In this document: positions 9,154 through 17,187 of the stretch, one piece after another
Layout: each line of letters starts with the position of its first letter
Numbering within the stretch: position 1 is the first letter of the stretch
Source of the DNA: Myxococcota bacterium
Lineage (GTDB): Bacteria > Myxococcota_A > Polyangia > Nannocystales > Nannocystaceae
Assembly: GCA_039024335.1 (NCBI GenBank)
Contig: JBCCQM010000015.1
Coordinates: forward strand, 3,781-67,780
Direction of reading: 5' to 3'
Length of the DNA: 64,000 bases
The notes under the pieces: model-generated
Seen by the model: only the letters and a program-made list of their open reading frames with translations
Databases searched by the model: none
What the model was told of the DNA's origin: nothing
Translations under genes and position numbers: made by a program

Positions 9154-10623
9154 TCAATCGGCGGCCGAAGGCACCAGCTCGACCTTGTCCATCGCGGCCT
9201 GAACCGCCCCGAAGTCGACCGGACCCGTTCCCGCCGACAGCAGGCGGACGGGCGTGTCCCGAAGCGCCAGGATGTCGTGGACGTAGCCGGGCTGCCGCAT
9301 CCCGACCAACACCGAGGACACGGGGGCACACAGCACGGTCAGCACCGCTTTGTGCGACAGAGGCATGCTCGCCCACGGTCCGGGCACGCAGCCATCGAGC
9401 GCGGCGCCGATCTGCGCAGCTCGGTCACGGCGGCGGCCCCGAAGGCCAGCTTCGATCGCGTCGAAGGCTTCGTGAAGCGCCGTCCCGTACGCTGTCCACC
9501 ACGTCGCAAACGTCTCGCGAAGCTCGCCCTCGAGCGCGTCGAGCAGCGCGGCGCTGGTGCGACCCAGATGGACCGCGACGACGTCGTGCCGCAGCTTCAC
9601 CCACTGCTCGAGGCCCAGCGCATCCAGACGCGGCGCGAGCTCTTGGCCCCACCGGAACAGGTCGACCGCGTCGGTCTGCTCGTCGACCCGAAGCGTCTTG
9701 CCCAAGCCCGTCGCCCACTGCGCCTCGAGCTTTCGCACCACCGCCAGGCGTGCGCGCGCCTCCTCCAACGAGGCACCCGCTTCTGCGGGGACCGACGCCA
9801 AGCGCACGAGCTGCGCATCGTCGCCGCGCTCCCGGAATGCGTTGAGCGGCCGATGGGTGAGCACGCCCAGGTCGTGCGTGGCCGCAGCGTCGAGCGTGGA
9901 GGGCTCGTCGCCGCGCGGATGCGTCGCCCCGAGCTCGAACAGGTTCATCGGCATCTGCACGACGCCGAAGTGATGGCCGCGCCCGCCCGCCACCTCCGCG
10001 ATCTCGACCATCCGTGACACCGACACCATCGTCGACTTCGACGCGGGCTCTGCGAAGCCGTTGCTGCTGACGCCGTACCAGCCGATCCGCCCGTCGGCGA
10101 CGAAGCGCTCCAGGGTCTCGAAGGCACGCTGAATCCGTTGTTCGAAGGCCGGACCGGCGTCTTCCGACCCCGGCTGCGGATCGCTCAGCAGCACCACGTC
10201 GAGCGTCTCCAGCCCCAAGCGGTCCAGCGACGCCTGAAGCTGTGCCTCGAGAGCACCGGTGTCCAAGCCGGCCGATGGCGACGTAGCGGGCTGCGGCTCG
10301 CCGATCTTCGAGACTACGACCACCTGCTCGCGCCGGAGCTCCCCCTGCTGGACGAGGTTGGCGAGCATCGAGCCCACCAAGCGCTCACTGCCGCCATCGC
10401 CGTAGCGAGCGCTGGTGTCGATGAGGTTCACGCCCCCGCGCAGCGCGTCTGCGAGCGCACGCCGATGAAGGGGCGACGCGTCGGTCACCCGAGCCGCACC
10501 GAAGCCGACCGGTGACACCGTCAATCCGGTCCGGCCCAGCGTTCGAGCGCCCGCGCCGAAGCTGTCGGCGCCTCGCCGCGTCCCCGCCGGCGTTGCGCGT
10601 CCGGGGAGCGGCGGCGCGGTCAC
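9154..10623 (-). CDS. Aldo/keto reductase family oxidoreductase with ~160-aa C-terminal extension
   Basis: AKR N-terminal signature ([38 protein letters not shown]). GTG start at 10623 forms a GTGA overlap with the queF stop. Confidence 0.8.
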   Translation of the reverse strand: MTAPPLPGRATPAGTRRGADSFGAGARTLGRTGLTVSPVGFGAARVTDASPLHRRALADALRGGVNLIDTSARYGDGGSERLVGSMLANLVQQGELRREQVVVVSKIGEPQPATSPSAGLDTGALEAQLQASLDRLGLETLDVVLLSDPQPGSEDAGPAFEQRIQRAFETLERFVADGRIGWYGVSSNGFAEPASKSTMVSVSRMVEIAEVAGGRGHHFGVVQMPMNLFELGATHPRGDEPSTLDAAATHDLGVLTHRPLNAFRERGDDAQLVRLASVPAEAGASLEEARARLAVVRKLEAQWATGLGKTLRVDEQTDAVDLFRWGQELAPRLDALGLEQWVKLRHDVVAVHLGRTSAALLDALEGELRETFATWWTAYGTALHEAFDAIEAGLRGRRRDRAAQIGAALDGCVPGPWASMPLSHKAVLTVLCAPVSSVLVGMRQPGYVHDILALRDTPVRLLSAGTGPVDFGAVQAAMDKVELVPSAAD

Positions 10624-11039
10624 GCCGATTCCTTCTCGTGGGTGACGGTGACGACCGTTCCGATGCCACCGCGGACCCAGAAGTCACCTTCGATGGTCAT
10701 CTTTCGCGGCGAAACAGCGGCGACGAGGTCGTCGAGGATCTTGTTGGTCACCGCTTCGTGGAACGCCCCTTCGTCGCGGTACGACCACAGGTAGAGCTTG
10801 AGGCTTTTGAGTTCGACGCAGACCTGGTCGGGGACGTAGCGAATGCGGATCGTCGCGAAGTCGGGCTGTCCGGTGCGCGGGCAGACGCACGTGAACTCAG
10901 GGCACTCGAAGCGGATTTCGTAGTCGCGCTCGGGCTTGGGGTTGGGGAACGTCTCGAGCGTTTTGGAGGGCTGCGAGGGCACGGGCGAACGCTGCCACGG
11001 CTCCGCCCAAACCTCCATCGACGCGGTCGCCTCGACCAC
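10620..11039 (-). CDS. queF: NADPH-dependent 7-cyano-7-deazaguanine (preQ0) reductase QueF, type I
   Basis: Catalytic-Cys region [17 protein letters not shown] and QueF motif [13 protein letters not shown]. Alternative start ATG 11018. Confidence 0.92.
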   Translation of the reverse strand: MVEATASMEVWAEPWQRSPVPSQPSKTLETFPNPKPERDYEIRFECPEFTCVCPRTGQPDFATIRIRYVPDQVCVELKSLKLYLWSYRDEGAFHEAVTNKILDDLVAAVSPRKMTIEGDFWVRGGIGTVVTVTHEKESA

Positions 11040-11149
11040 GAGAGCTTTCGCGCAACAAGCGCGTCGAACGCCAGCATTGACGATGCGAAAAAATCGCCGC
11101 CTCGGCCTTGGCCGACCTGCCCAGCCGTGCTACATCGCTGCTCCCTTAC

Positions 11150-11224
11150 GGCGGGCGTAGCTCAGTCGGTTAGAGCGCCGGTTTGTGGTACCGGAAGTCG
11201 TGGGTTCAAATCCCATCGCCCGCC
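11150..11224 (+). tRNA. tRNA-His (anticodon GTG) with genomically encoded G-1
   Basis: Manual cloverleaf: G-1, acceptor GCGGGCG/CGCCCGC, D arm GCTC-AGTCGGTTA-GAGC, anticodon arm CCGGT-TTGTGGT-ACCGG, variable AAGTC, T arm GTGGG-TTCAAAT-CCCAT, discriminator C73 pairing with G-1. No encoded CCA. Confidence 0.93.
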
Positions 11225-11333
11225 CTCTTCAACCCCTTCTTTTCGGTGTTCCGAGGAGAAGGGTTTGTTGATTCCGGGTCTGTCGATTCTGGTTGGCTGC
11301 GTCGGGGGCTGCGGGGCGAGCCGCCCTGGAGGC

Positions 11334-12734
11334 TCAGCCGGGCACGAGCCGGGCGACGATCCCCACCCCGACGCTGCCGTCTTCACCCTGGCGCCGCTCG
11401 CCAGCGATGAAAATCTCATCGCCGGCAACGTCGACGGCGCGGAAGAAGCCCTCGGTCCACGCGGGATCTTTGAAGCCCACTTCCGAGCGCACCGAGCCGT
11501 CGTCATCGTCGACGCGCCACACGGTCGGCACCGGCGGCTCGCCGAGCATGCCCACCGCGACGACGTCGCCGCTTGCGAGCACGGCAACGTCTTCGATCTC
11601 GTCGCGATCATCCGAGCCACCGTTGAACACCCTTCGCCATCGCAGTTCCCCAGCCGTGCCGTACCTCGCGATCCAAGCGTCCCGTCCGGTGTCCTCGCCC
11701 ACGAGGTAGCCCGCAGCGATGAAGCCGTCCGACACGACGTGAACGACCTGCGCCGCGTCGTCTCCAGTACCGGTCCCCGATGCCGTCACGATCGGATCGA
11801 ACATACCCGTCGCGGCATCGACCGCTTGGGCCACGACGGCGTTCGTGTCGATCATCGCGGCCACCAGCAGTAGCTCGTCGCGTCCACCCAGCCCGAACAC
11901 CTGGCTGGCGTTCCTGGGTTCCGTCGTCCGAATCCACTCCCATTGCAGCGTGCCGTCGAGGTCGTAGCGGGCCAGGCCGTGCCCGCGAACGCTGAACTCA
12001 CCGACCGTCACCATCACGCCCGTCAGCTCCGCCGACACTCCGTTGGACCGCGTGCCCAACACGTCACGCGTCCACGTCGGCTCAAGGCCGCCGATATCAT
12101 CGAAGGTGAGCGCGGCGAGGAACCCCGACTGGTTCTGGAGGTCTCCGTGTTCACCGGCGACGAACAGCTGCCCGTCGCCGACCGCGATCTCCAGGCCTTC
12201 GCCCTCGGCGAAGCCCCCCACGTCGACGCTTTGGACGAACGCGCCGTCCGACAGGTCGAAGCGCGCCGCGATGGGCGTCGGCACGGCACCGCCGGCTCGC
12301 AGCGCGCGTCCCGTGACGAACAGATTGTCGTCCACCCGAGTCGCGCCAAAGAAGCGCGTCGGACCTTCGTTGGGGGTCCAGCGCGTCTCCCACTCCACGG
12401 TCCAGGGCAGACGACACTCCGGGGAGCAGGCGTCGCCGGGCTCATCGTCTCCGTCGTCACACGCCTCGCCGGGGTCGAGCACGCCATCACCACAGCGGAG
12501 GAGATCGCCGGTCGTGGATCCCGACGTGCCCTCGCCCATCCCCGTCGTCCCCACGCTTGCGCCCGCGTCGCCGCCAGCGGTCGTCACCGCCCCCGAGCTC
12601 GCGGGACCTGCGCTGTCACCGGCGGTTCCGTCCGCGCCGCCACCGGTCGAGCCTGCGTCGGAAAACGCTGGGTTCACGCGGACGCACGACAGCGCGAGCA
12701 ACGTCAGCAGCACCCCCCAGCGAGTCCCCGTCAC
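11334..12734 (-). CDS. Lipoprotein with Myxococcus-type cysteine-rich repeat and probable beta-propeller body
   Basis: GTG start gives the signal/lipobox VTGTRWGVLLTLLALSC. A G/S/T linker follows, then CGDGVLDPGEACDDGDDEPGDACSPEC (myxo cysteine-rich repeat, TIGR02232-like). The ORF-track extension to 13754 runs through the neighbouring gene and the repeats and is not coding. Confidence 0.8.
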   Translation of the reverse strand: MTGTRWGVLLTLLALSCVRVNPAFSDAGSTGGGADGTAGDSAGPASSGAVTTAGGDAGASVGTTGMGEGTSGSTTGDLLRCGDGVLDPGEACDDGDDEPGDACSPECRLPWTVEWETRWTPNEGPTRFFGATRVDDNLFVTGRALRAGGAVPTPIAARFDLSDGAFVQSVDVGGFAEGEGLEIAVGDGQLFVAGEHGDLQNQSGFLAALTFDDIGGLEPTWTRDVLGTRSNGVSAELTGVMVTVGEFSVRGHGLARYDLDGTLQWEWIRTTEPRNASQVFGLGGRDELLLVAAMIDTNAVVAQAVDAATGMFDPIVTASGTGTGDDAAQVVHVVSDGFIAAGYLVGEDTGRDAWIARYGTAGELRWRRVFNGGSDDRDEIEDVAVLASGDVVAVGMLGEPPVPTVWRVDDDDGSVRSEVGFKDPAWTEGFFRAVDVAGDEIFIAGERRQGEDGSVGVGIVARLVPG

Positions 12735-12887
12735 CGCGTGAGCGTATCGGAGCCTCGCGCGCTGCGTCGAGCGCTCGACCCGCTGCGGCCTTCGAGCGCG
12801 TCGCGCCGACCATGCGTCCGCGCCGGTCCAGCCGGACCGAACGCCCGAGCGTTTGCACCCAGCGCGGGTGGCCGCCATCATCGCTTC

Positions 12888-13661
12888 ATGGCTTGGTTCG
12901 GTAGCCGCGCGGCGGTGACGGTGTGGACAATGAGTGCGCTCGCGCTGACCGGGTGCGACGGCGAGGGCCCGCAGGGCACCGCCGGAGACGACGGCAGCAC
13001 GTCGGGCACCACCGGCGCGGAGACGTCGGGCACATCCAGCGCGGACACGAACGACGCCTCCGCAGGCCCGACCTCGGCGTCGGCCACGTCCGCCTCCACC
13101 ACCTCCGCCTCCACCACGTCGGCGTCGACCACCACGGCGTCGACCACCTCGGCCACGACCGTGGAGCCGACAGGATCTGGTGAAGAGGGCGGCTCGGACG
13201 AAACCTCCGTCGAGCCCGGCGAAGGTTGGTTCGAGGTCGGCTACGGCCTCGAAGACTTCATCCCGTTCGACGGCGAGCTTCCAGTTTCGCTGGGACCGCA
13301 AGGCTTCCAAATGTTCTCGCTGCCCCTGCGCGGCGGTGACTTCCCGGTCCCCCCCGACCCTCTGGACTTCGACCACCCCGACACGCCGGTCCTGTCGATT
13401 TGGGCGGACATCGAAGGCATCGAGGGCACCCACCCGTCGGGCCACTTCGCAGCGTACCTCGACTACCCCGTCCCCTTCAGCGTCTCGCTCGACGGCGAAG
13501 CCGACTACGAGTTCATCTCGGTGTGGCTCGTCATCCCCGAGACGTACAGCCCGCAGGAGCTGGCCGGGCGCGAGGCCGTCGTGCATGCGGAGCTTCAGTG
13601 CTCCGACGGGCAGCTGCTGATCGATGAACACACGCTGACCGTCGTCGACGGGACGTTGTGA
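12888..13661 (+). CDS. Hypothetical lipoprotein with S/T/A-rich linker
   Basis: Lipobox LALTGC, an (ATSAST)n-like low-complexity linker, then a ~150-aa globular part. Start is ATG 12888 or ATG 12930. The upstream part of ORF 11943..13661 is antisense shadow of the previous gene. Confidence 0.75.
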   Translation: MAWFGSRAAVTVWTMSALALTGCDGEGPQGTAGDDGSTSGTTGAETSGTSSADTNDASAGPTSASATSASTTSASTTSASTTTASTTSATTVEPTGSGEEGGSDETSVEPGEGWFEVGYGLEDFIPFDGELPVSLGPQGFQMFSLPLRGGDFPVPPDPLDFDHPDTPVLSIWADIEGIEGTHPSGHFAAYLDYPVPFSVSLDGEADYEFISVWLVIPETYSPQELAGREAVVHAELQCSDGQLLIDEHTLTVVDGTL

Positions 13662-13665
13662 TTTA

Positions 13666-13853
13666 GGGGAACCTCTCGGTTCCCATCGCTGCGGGGGCAC
13701 AGCCCCCTTCGCGCTTCCGGTGAGGGCTATTTCGGGGAACCTCTCGGTTCCCATCGCTGCGGGGGCAAAGCCCCCTTCGCGCTTCCGGTGAGGGCTATTT
13801 CGGGGAACCTCTCGGTTCCCATCGCTGCGGGGGCACAGCCCCCTTCGCGCTTC
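13666..13853. repeat. 68-bp tandem direct repeat, about 2.8 copies
   Basis: Copies start at 13666, 13734 and 13802. Copies 1 and 2 differ at one base (cac/caa). Each unit holds two hairpins: GGGAACC-tctc-GGTTCCC and GGGGGC-aca-GCCCCC. Confidence 0.95.
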
Positions 13854-13859
13854 CCTCCA

Positions 13860-14243
13860 AGGGCGCCTCTCGCATTGCTCGTGGCCCGTCCGCGCTTTCG
13901 GGAGGGTCGGGATGGCCCACGAGAGCTTGGCTCGTGGTCGAGCGGCCTCGCGGGCGGGGGTCAGACGTTCTGAGCACGGCGCCCCACTCTTCTCCGCCCG
14001 AGCACTCAGGAGGGCGCCTCTCGCTTTGCTCGTGGCCTGTCCGCGCCTCCGGGGTTTCGCGAGGGCCCACGAGCGCTTGGCTCGTGGTCGAGCGGCCTCG
14101 CGCTCGGAGGTCCGACGTTCCGATCGCGACGTCCCAGTCCACGCTCGGACACGAGGCAGGCCAGCAGGGCATTGCTCGTGGCTGTGTCCGCGCTTCCTCT
14201 CACATTGCTCGTGGCCTGTCCGGCCCTCGCGGGCGGGGGTCAG
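13860..14243. repeat. 151-155-bp imperfect direct repeat family (2 full units plus a partial)
   Basis: Units begin AGGGCGCCTCTCGC at 13860 and 14011, with a truncated unit at 14166. The recurring core TTGCTCGTGGCC(C/T)GTCCGCGC occurs at least 4 times. CTTGGCTCGTGGTCGAGCGGCCTCGCG occurs twice. Confidence 0.9.
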
Positions 14244-15028
14244 CGGGTGCGGGCGTGGAGGCGGTAGTAGTCGACGATGGCGTCGGACATGGCGGCGACG
14301 ATCTTGTTCTGGCCGCCGTCGCTGAGCAGCAGGTCAGCCTCGCCATCGTGGTCGAGGAAGCCGGCCTCGAAGAGCACGGCGGGCATGCGTGCGCCCATGA
14401 GCACGTCGAAGGGAGCCTGGCGCACGCCTCGGTCGGTGCGCTCGGGAAACGCGAGCTTCTGGTGCGCCTGGATCGACTGCGCGAGTCGACCTGCGGCCAC
14501 GCGCTGCTGCGCCATCTCGAGCTGACGGAGCATCGTGCTCACCTCGGCGCCGGCTTCGGGCGCTGAGGGCTCGGCCAGCCCTTGGTCATTCTCGCGTCGC
14601 GCGGTACGGGCCGCTTCCAGGGAGCTCGCGCGCGCATCGAGCACGTAGGTCTCGAAGCCGTGCTGCGTCTTCGACTCGGAGGCGTTGGCGTGCAGGCTGA
14701 TGAACGCGTGCGCGCCGGACTCGTTCGCGAACGCGACGCGGTCCGCGAGGGTCTTCGACGCGTCGGCCTCCCGCGTGAGCACGACCTGAACATGCGGGAG
14801 CCGGTCGAGCACGGCGGCCCGCAGCGTCAGCGCGGTCGTCAGCATCAGATCCTTCTCCAAGACCGCGCCGCCGGGTGATTGGCACCCGGCGTTGTCGCCA
14901 CCGTGACCCGGATCGAGGCACAGCACGAAATCGCGCTCCAGCACCGGACGGGGACCCGCCCACGCCGACCCCGACATCGAGGCCGCCATCATTCCGCCCA
15001 GAAACCCGCGACGAGTCCACATGCTCAT
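14240..15028 (-). CDS. N-acetylmuramoyl-L-alanine amidase (Amidase_3 / AmiC-like), Tat-exported
   Basis: Twin-arginine signal MSMWTRRGFLGG. Zinc and catalytic motifs LDPGHGGDN, FISLHANA, and AVLFEAGFL at the C-terminal end. ATG 15043 is possible, but its first codons have poor G/C3. Confidence 0.88.
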   Translation of the reverse strand: MSMWTRRGFLGGMMAASMSGSAWAGPRPVLERDFVLCLDPGHGGDNAGCQSPGGAVLEKDLMLTTALTLRAAVLDRLPHVQVVLTREADASKTLADRVAFANESGAHAFISLHANASESKTQHGFETYVLDARASSLEAARTARRENDQGLAEPSAPEAGAEVSTMLRQLEMAQQRVAAGRLAQSIQAHQKLAFPERTDRGVRQAPFDVLMGARMPAVLFEAGFLDHDGEADLLLSDGGQNKIVAAMSDAIVDYYRLHARTR

Positions 15029-15103
15029 ACATGTAGGACACATTCACGATCCGCAGAAATTATCGGCCCAGCGGGCCGGAGCCGTGCGCAAGCGCGGGTC
15101 GCG

Positions 15104-16345
15104 ATGCTACATCCTGAGGGCCCCGTGCAGGACTCGCGTCTCGATCCCGCGGCGACCTTCGTCGGGTTTGCCCTCGTCGCCGCTGCGTTCCAGGTGCTCG
15201 CAACCCTGCTGCTCGGACTCGCACCGCTGGACGCGATCCAGCGCGCCGCCGAGGAAGGGTCGCGCTTGTACCTCATCGGCGCATTCGGCACGGGCGTCGC
15301 GACGGTCGTGCTGTGGGTGCTGCGGCAGCGGCCCCTCGTCGCTTCGATCGCGTTCCTGGCGCTCGAGCTCACACTGATGCTCTCGCTCGTGACGCGGACG
15401 TCCCGGTTGGGGCTGGCCTACCACGGCGAGTTCATCCTTCATCACTTCTGCACCCTGCTCGCGGCCGCGGCATGCGTGTCGTTGGGGTGGCGCTGGTTCA
15501 GGACGCCGCGCTTCGGTGCCCGCCGTTGGGTCGCTGGTGCACCCGCACTCCTCGGCGGCGCCGCGCTCCTCATCGTCCACGCCGCCTCGCAGCCGAGCCT
15601 CGACGTACGCGTCCCCAGCTGGACGCTGCAGGCCTCCATGGGCCTGGCCCTGTTCGCACCCGCGCTCGCACTCGGTGCCCTGTGGAAAGACGCCGATGCA
15701 TCCGGCACCCGCGTTCGCTGGCTTGCCGCCGTCGTTCAGGTGCCGCTGCTGCTGCGTGTGGCGGTCGGCTTGCCCAACAGCCTGTCGGGCGCTCCCGTCC
15801 CCGACTGGGCGCGCAGCCTCGTGATGGCCAGCGTCGTGGTCGCCGCGGTGCTCTCGTTCTCCCTGTTCCGGCCGCAGATGCCCCGCCCCGTGCGGTTCGT
15901 GGTGATCGCCCTGTCGTCCTTCGCGACGGCGATTCTGTACATGGTCTACGTTCATCCGCTGGGCTTCGGTCAGCTCGAGGACGGTCTCGGCGGCATCGCG
16001 CAGTCCCTCTTCGGCTTCTCGCTGCCCTACCCCACGTTCGTCTCCGGCTGGAAGATCCTCGGCGTCTGTCTGGCCGTGTTCTGCATCTTCTCCGCCGTCT
16101 ACGGCGGGCTGCTCTCGTGGGACGAGCGCCTTCGCGGCCTGGCCCTGGGGTTGTTCGCGATCACGGGCATCGGCGTGTCCAACCCCCAGCTCGCGCTCAT
16201 GGCCACGGCGGCGCTGCTGCTCGTCGTTCACACGCTGACCGAAGGCGAGGAGACGGCGGCCCCGTCCAGCGCCGGGCTCCCCGTCGAAGAAATCTTGCGC
16301 GACACCGCCGACGCGCTCGGCCTTCCGGCGCCCGTCGTTCTCTAG
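15104..16345 (+). CDS. Hypothetical polytopic membrane protein
   Basis: 413 aa with about 11 hydrophobic segments and good codon bias from ATG 15104. The ORF-track start at 14879 overlaps the amidase gene. Confidence 0.7.
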   Translation: MLHPEGPVQDSRLDPAATFVGFALVAAAFQVLATLLLGLAPLDAIQRAAEEGSRLYLIGAFGTGVATVVLWVLRQRPLVASIAFLALELTLMLSLVTRTSRLGLAYHGEFILHHFCTLLAAAACVSLGWRWFRTPRFGARRWVAGAPALLGGAALLIVHAASQPSLDVRVPSWTLQASMGLALFAPALALGALWKDADASGTRVRWLAAVVQVPLLLRVAVGLPNSLSGAPVPDWARSLVMASVVVAAVLSFSLFRPQMPRPVRFVVIALSSFATAILYMVYVHPLGFGQLEDGLGGIAQSLFGFSLPYPTFVSGWKILGVCLAVFCIFSAVYGGLLSWDERLRGLALGLFAITGIGVSNPQLALMATAALLLVVHTLTEGEETAAPSSAGLPVEEILRDTADALGLPAPVVL

Positions 16346-16360
16346 GCGGCCGAAGGCACG

Positions 16361-16735
16361 ATGGTCTCGCTTCGCGGCGACCTCGACGGCACCGACCTCG
16401 ACCTGCGGGCTCGCCCGACCCGCGGCGGCGGCTGGCGCTTGTCGTTCCGCGCGGGCGTCATTGGACGCGGCCGTCCGCTCCTCGAGCTCGCGCCCGCCGC
16501 TGGAGACCGCGGGCCCCGGCCGGCGCACGAGCTGGCTCGCACCCACCGCGCCGTCGGCGACGTCCGCCGCCTCGAAGCGGTCGACGACGCGCAGCTCGAC
16601 GCGCTGACGCCCTTCTCACGCGCCAACGCAAAGTTCTGGGACGCGGGGATCGAAGTCGACCTCGGCTCGGACCTGACCGGTCTCGACGCGCCGCGGCTGG
16701 CAGCGCTGCTGTCCGCGTCAACGTCGGCGGCCTGA
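16361..16735 (+). CDS. Hypothetical soluble protein, in the same frame as the preceding membrane-protein gene
   Basis: 124-aa ORF with strong G/C3 bias. GAAGG lies 5 nt upstream of the ATG. It is separated from the upstream ORF by one TAG and five sense codons, all in frame. Confidence 0.6.
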   Translation: MVSLRGDLDGTDLDLRARPTRGGGWRLSFRAGVIGRGRPLLELAPAAGDRGPRPAHELARTHRAVGDVRRLEAVDDAQLDALTPFSRANAKFWDAGIEVDLGSDLTGLDAPRLAALLSASTSAA

Positions 16736-16737
16736 GT

Positions 16738-16905
16738 GCTAGCAGCCTGTGGCGCAACCTAGCGCGGCGGCTCGCGGAGGATTTTTCGCTCCTGGGTAGG
16801 AGCCGAAACGCAGTTGTACCGGGCGTACTGCAAGTTTTGGCGACACCGCCAGGAGCGAAAAAGACGAGTGAGGCGCCGTGATGGGTTGCGCCGCGGGCTG
16901 CTAGC
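16738..16905 (+). other. 168-nt nested imperfect hairpin in a convergent intergenic gap (structured RNA or MITE-like element)
   Basis: Outer arms 16738-16761 and 16882-16905 pair over 24 positions; the 3 non-Watson-Crick positions are all T(left)/G(right). Inner perfect 14-bp stem TTTTTCGCTCCTGG (16783-16796) / CCAGGAGCGAAAAA (16849-16862). A small apical stem lies around 16811-16832. Confidence 0.8.
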
Positions 16906-17182
16906 TCCCGAAGAACTTGCGCAGCTCTTCGATCCAGCCCGGCTTGCCAACGAGCTGCTCGAGCTCACCGTCGTCGAGATAGACGCCGCCGCACTCGAGG
17001 CACTTGTCGACCCGAACGCCGCGAAACACGATCTCGTCCATCTGCGCGCCACACTTGCAGCAGTGCATGAAGTGCAGCGCACGTCGCTTGCCGACGTCGT
17101 CGTCGCCCATCGCCTCGCGCTCTGCCTCCCGCCGGGCACGGAGGGCGAGCAGTTCGTCGGAGGTGACCTCGGCGTCGGACAT
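16901..17182 (-). CDS. Small zinc-ribbon protein (TFIIB-type zinc-finger domain)
   Basis: MSDAEVTSDELL... followed by HCCKCGAQM...VDKCLECGGVYLDDGELEQL, a two-CxxC zinc ribbon. It starts 5 nt after the stop of the upstream gene. Confidence 0.75.
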   Translation of the reverse strand: MSDAEVTSDELLALRARREAEREAMGDDDVGKRRALHFMHCCKCGAQMDEIVFRGVRVDKCLECGGVYLDDGELEQLVGKPGWIEELRKFFGS

Positions 17183-17187
17183 GGCGA

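Noticed and set aside
13666-13853. A regularly spaced repeat (68-bp period) with hairpin-forming units, which could be mistaken for a small CRISPR array.
   Set aside because: The whole 68-bp unit is repeated, including what would be the spacers, so there is no unique spacer content. There are only 2.8 copies and no cas genes in the window. It is a tandem duplication.
11225-14240. A possible genomic island integrated at the 3' end of tRNA-His.
   Set aside because: No integrase or recombinase gene. I could see no direct repeat of the tRNA 3' end downstream. Codon bias of the adjacent lipoprotein genes looks like the rest of the window.
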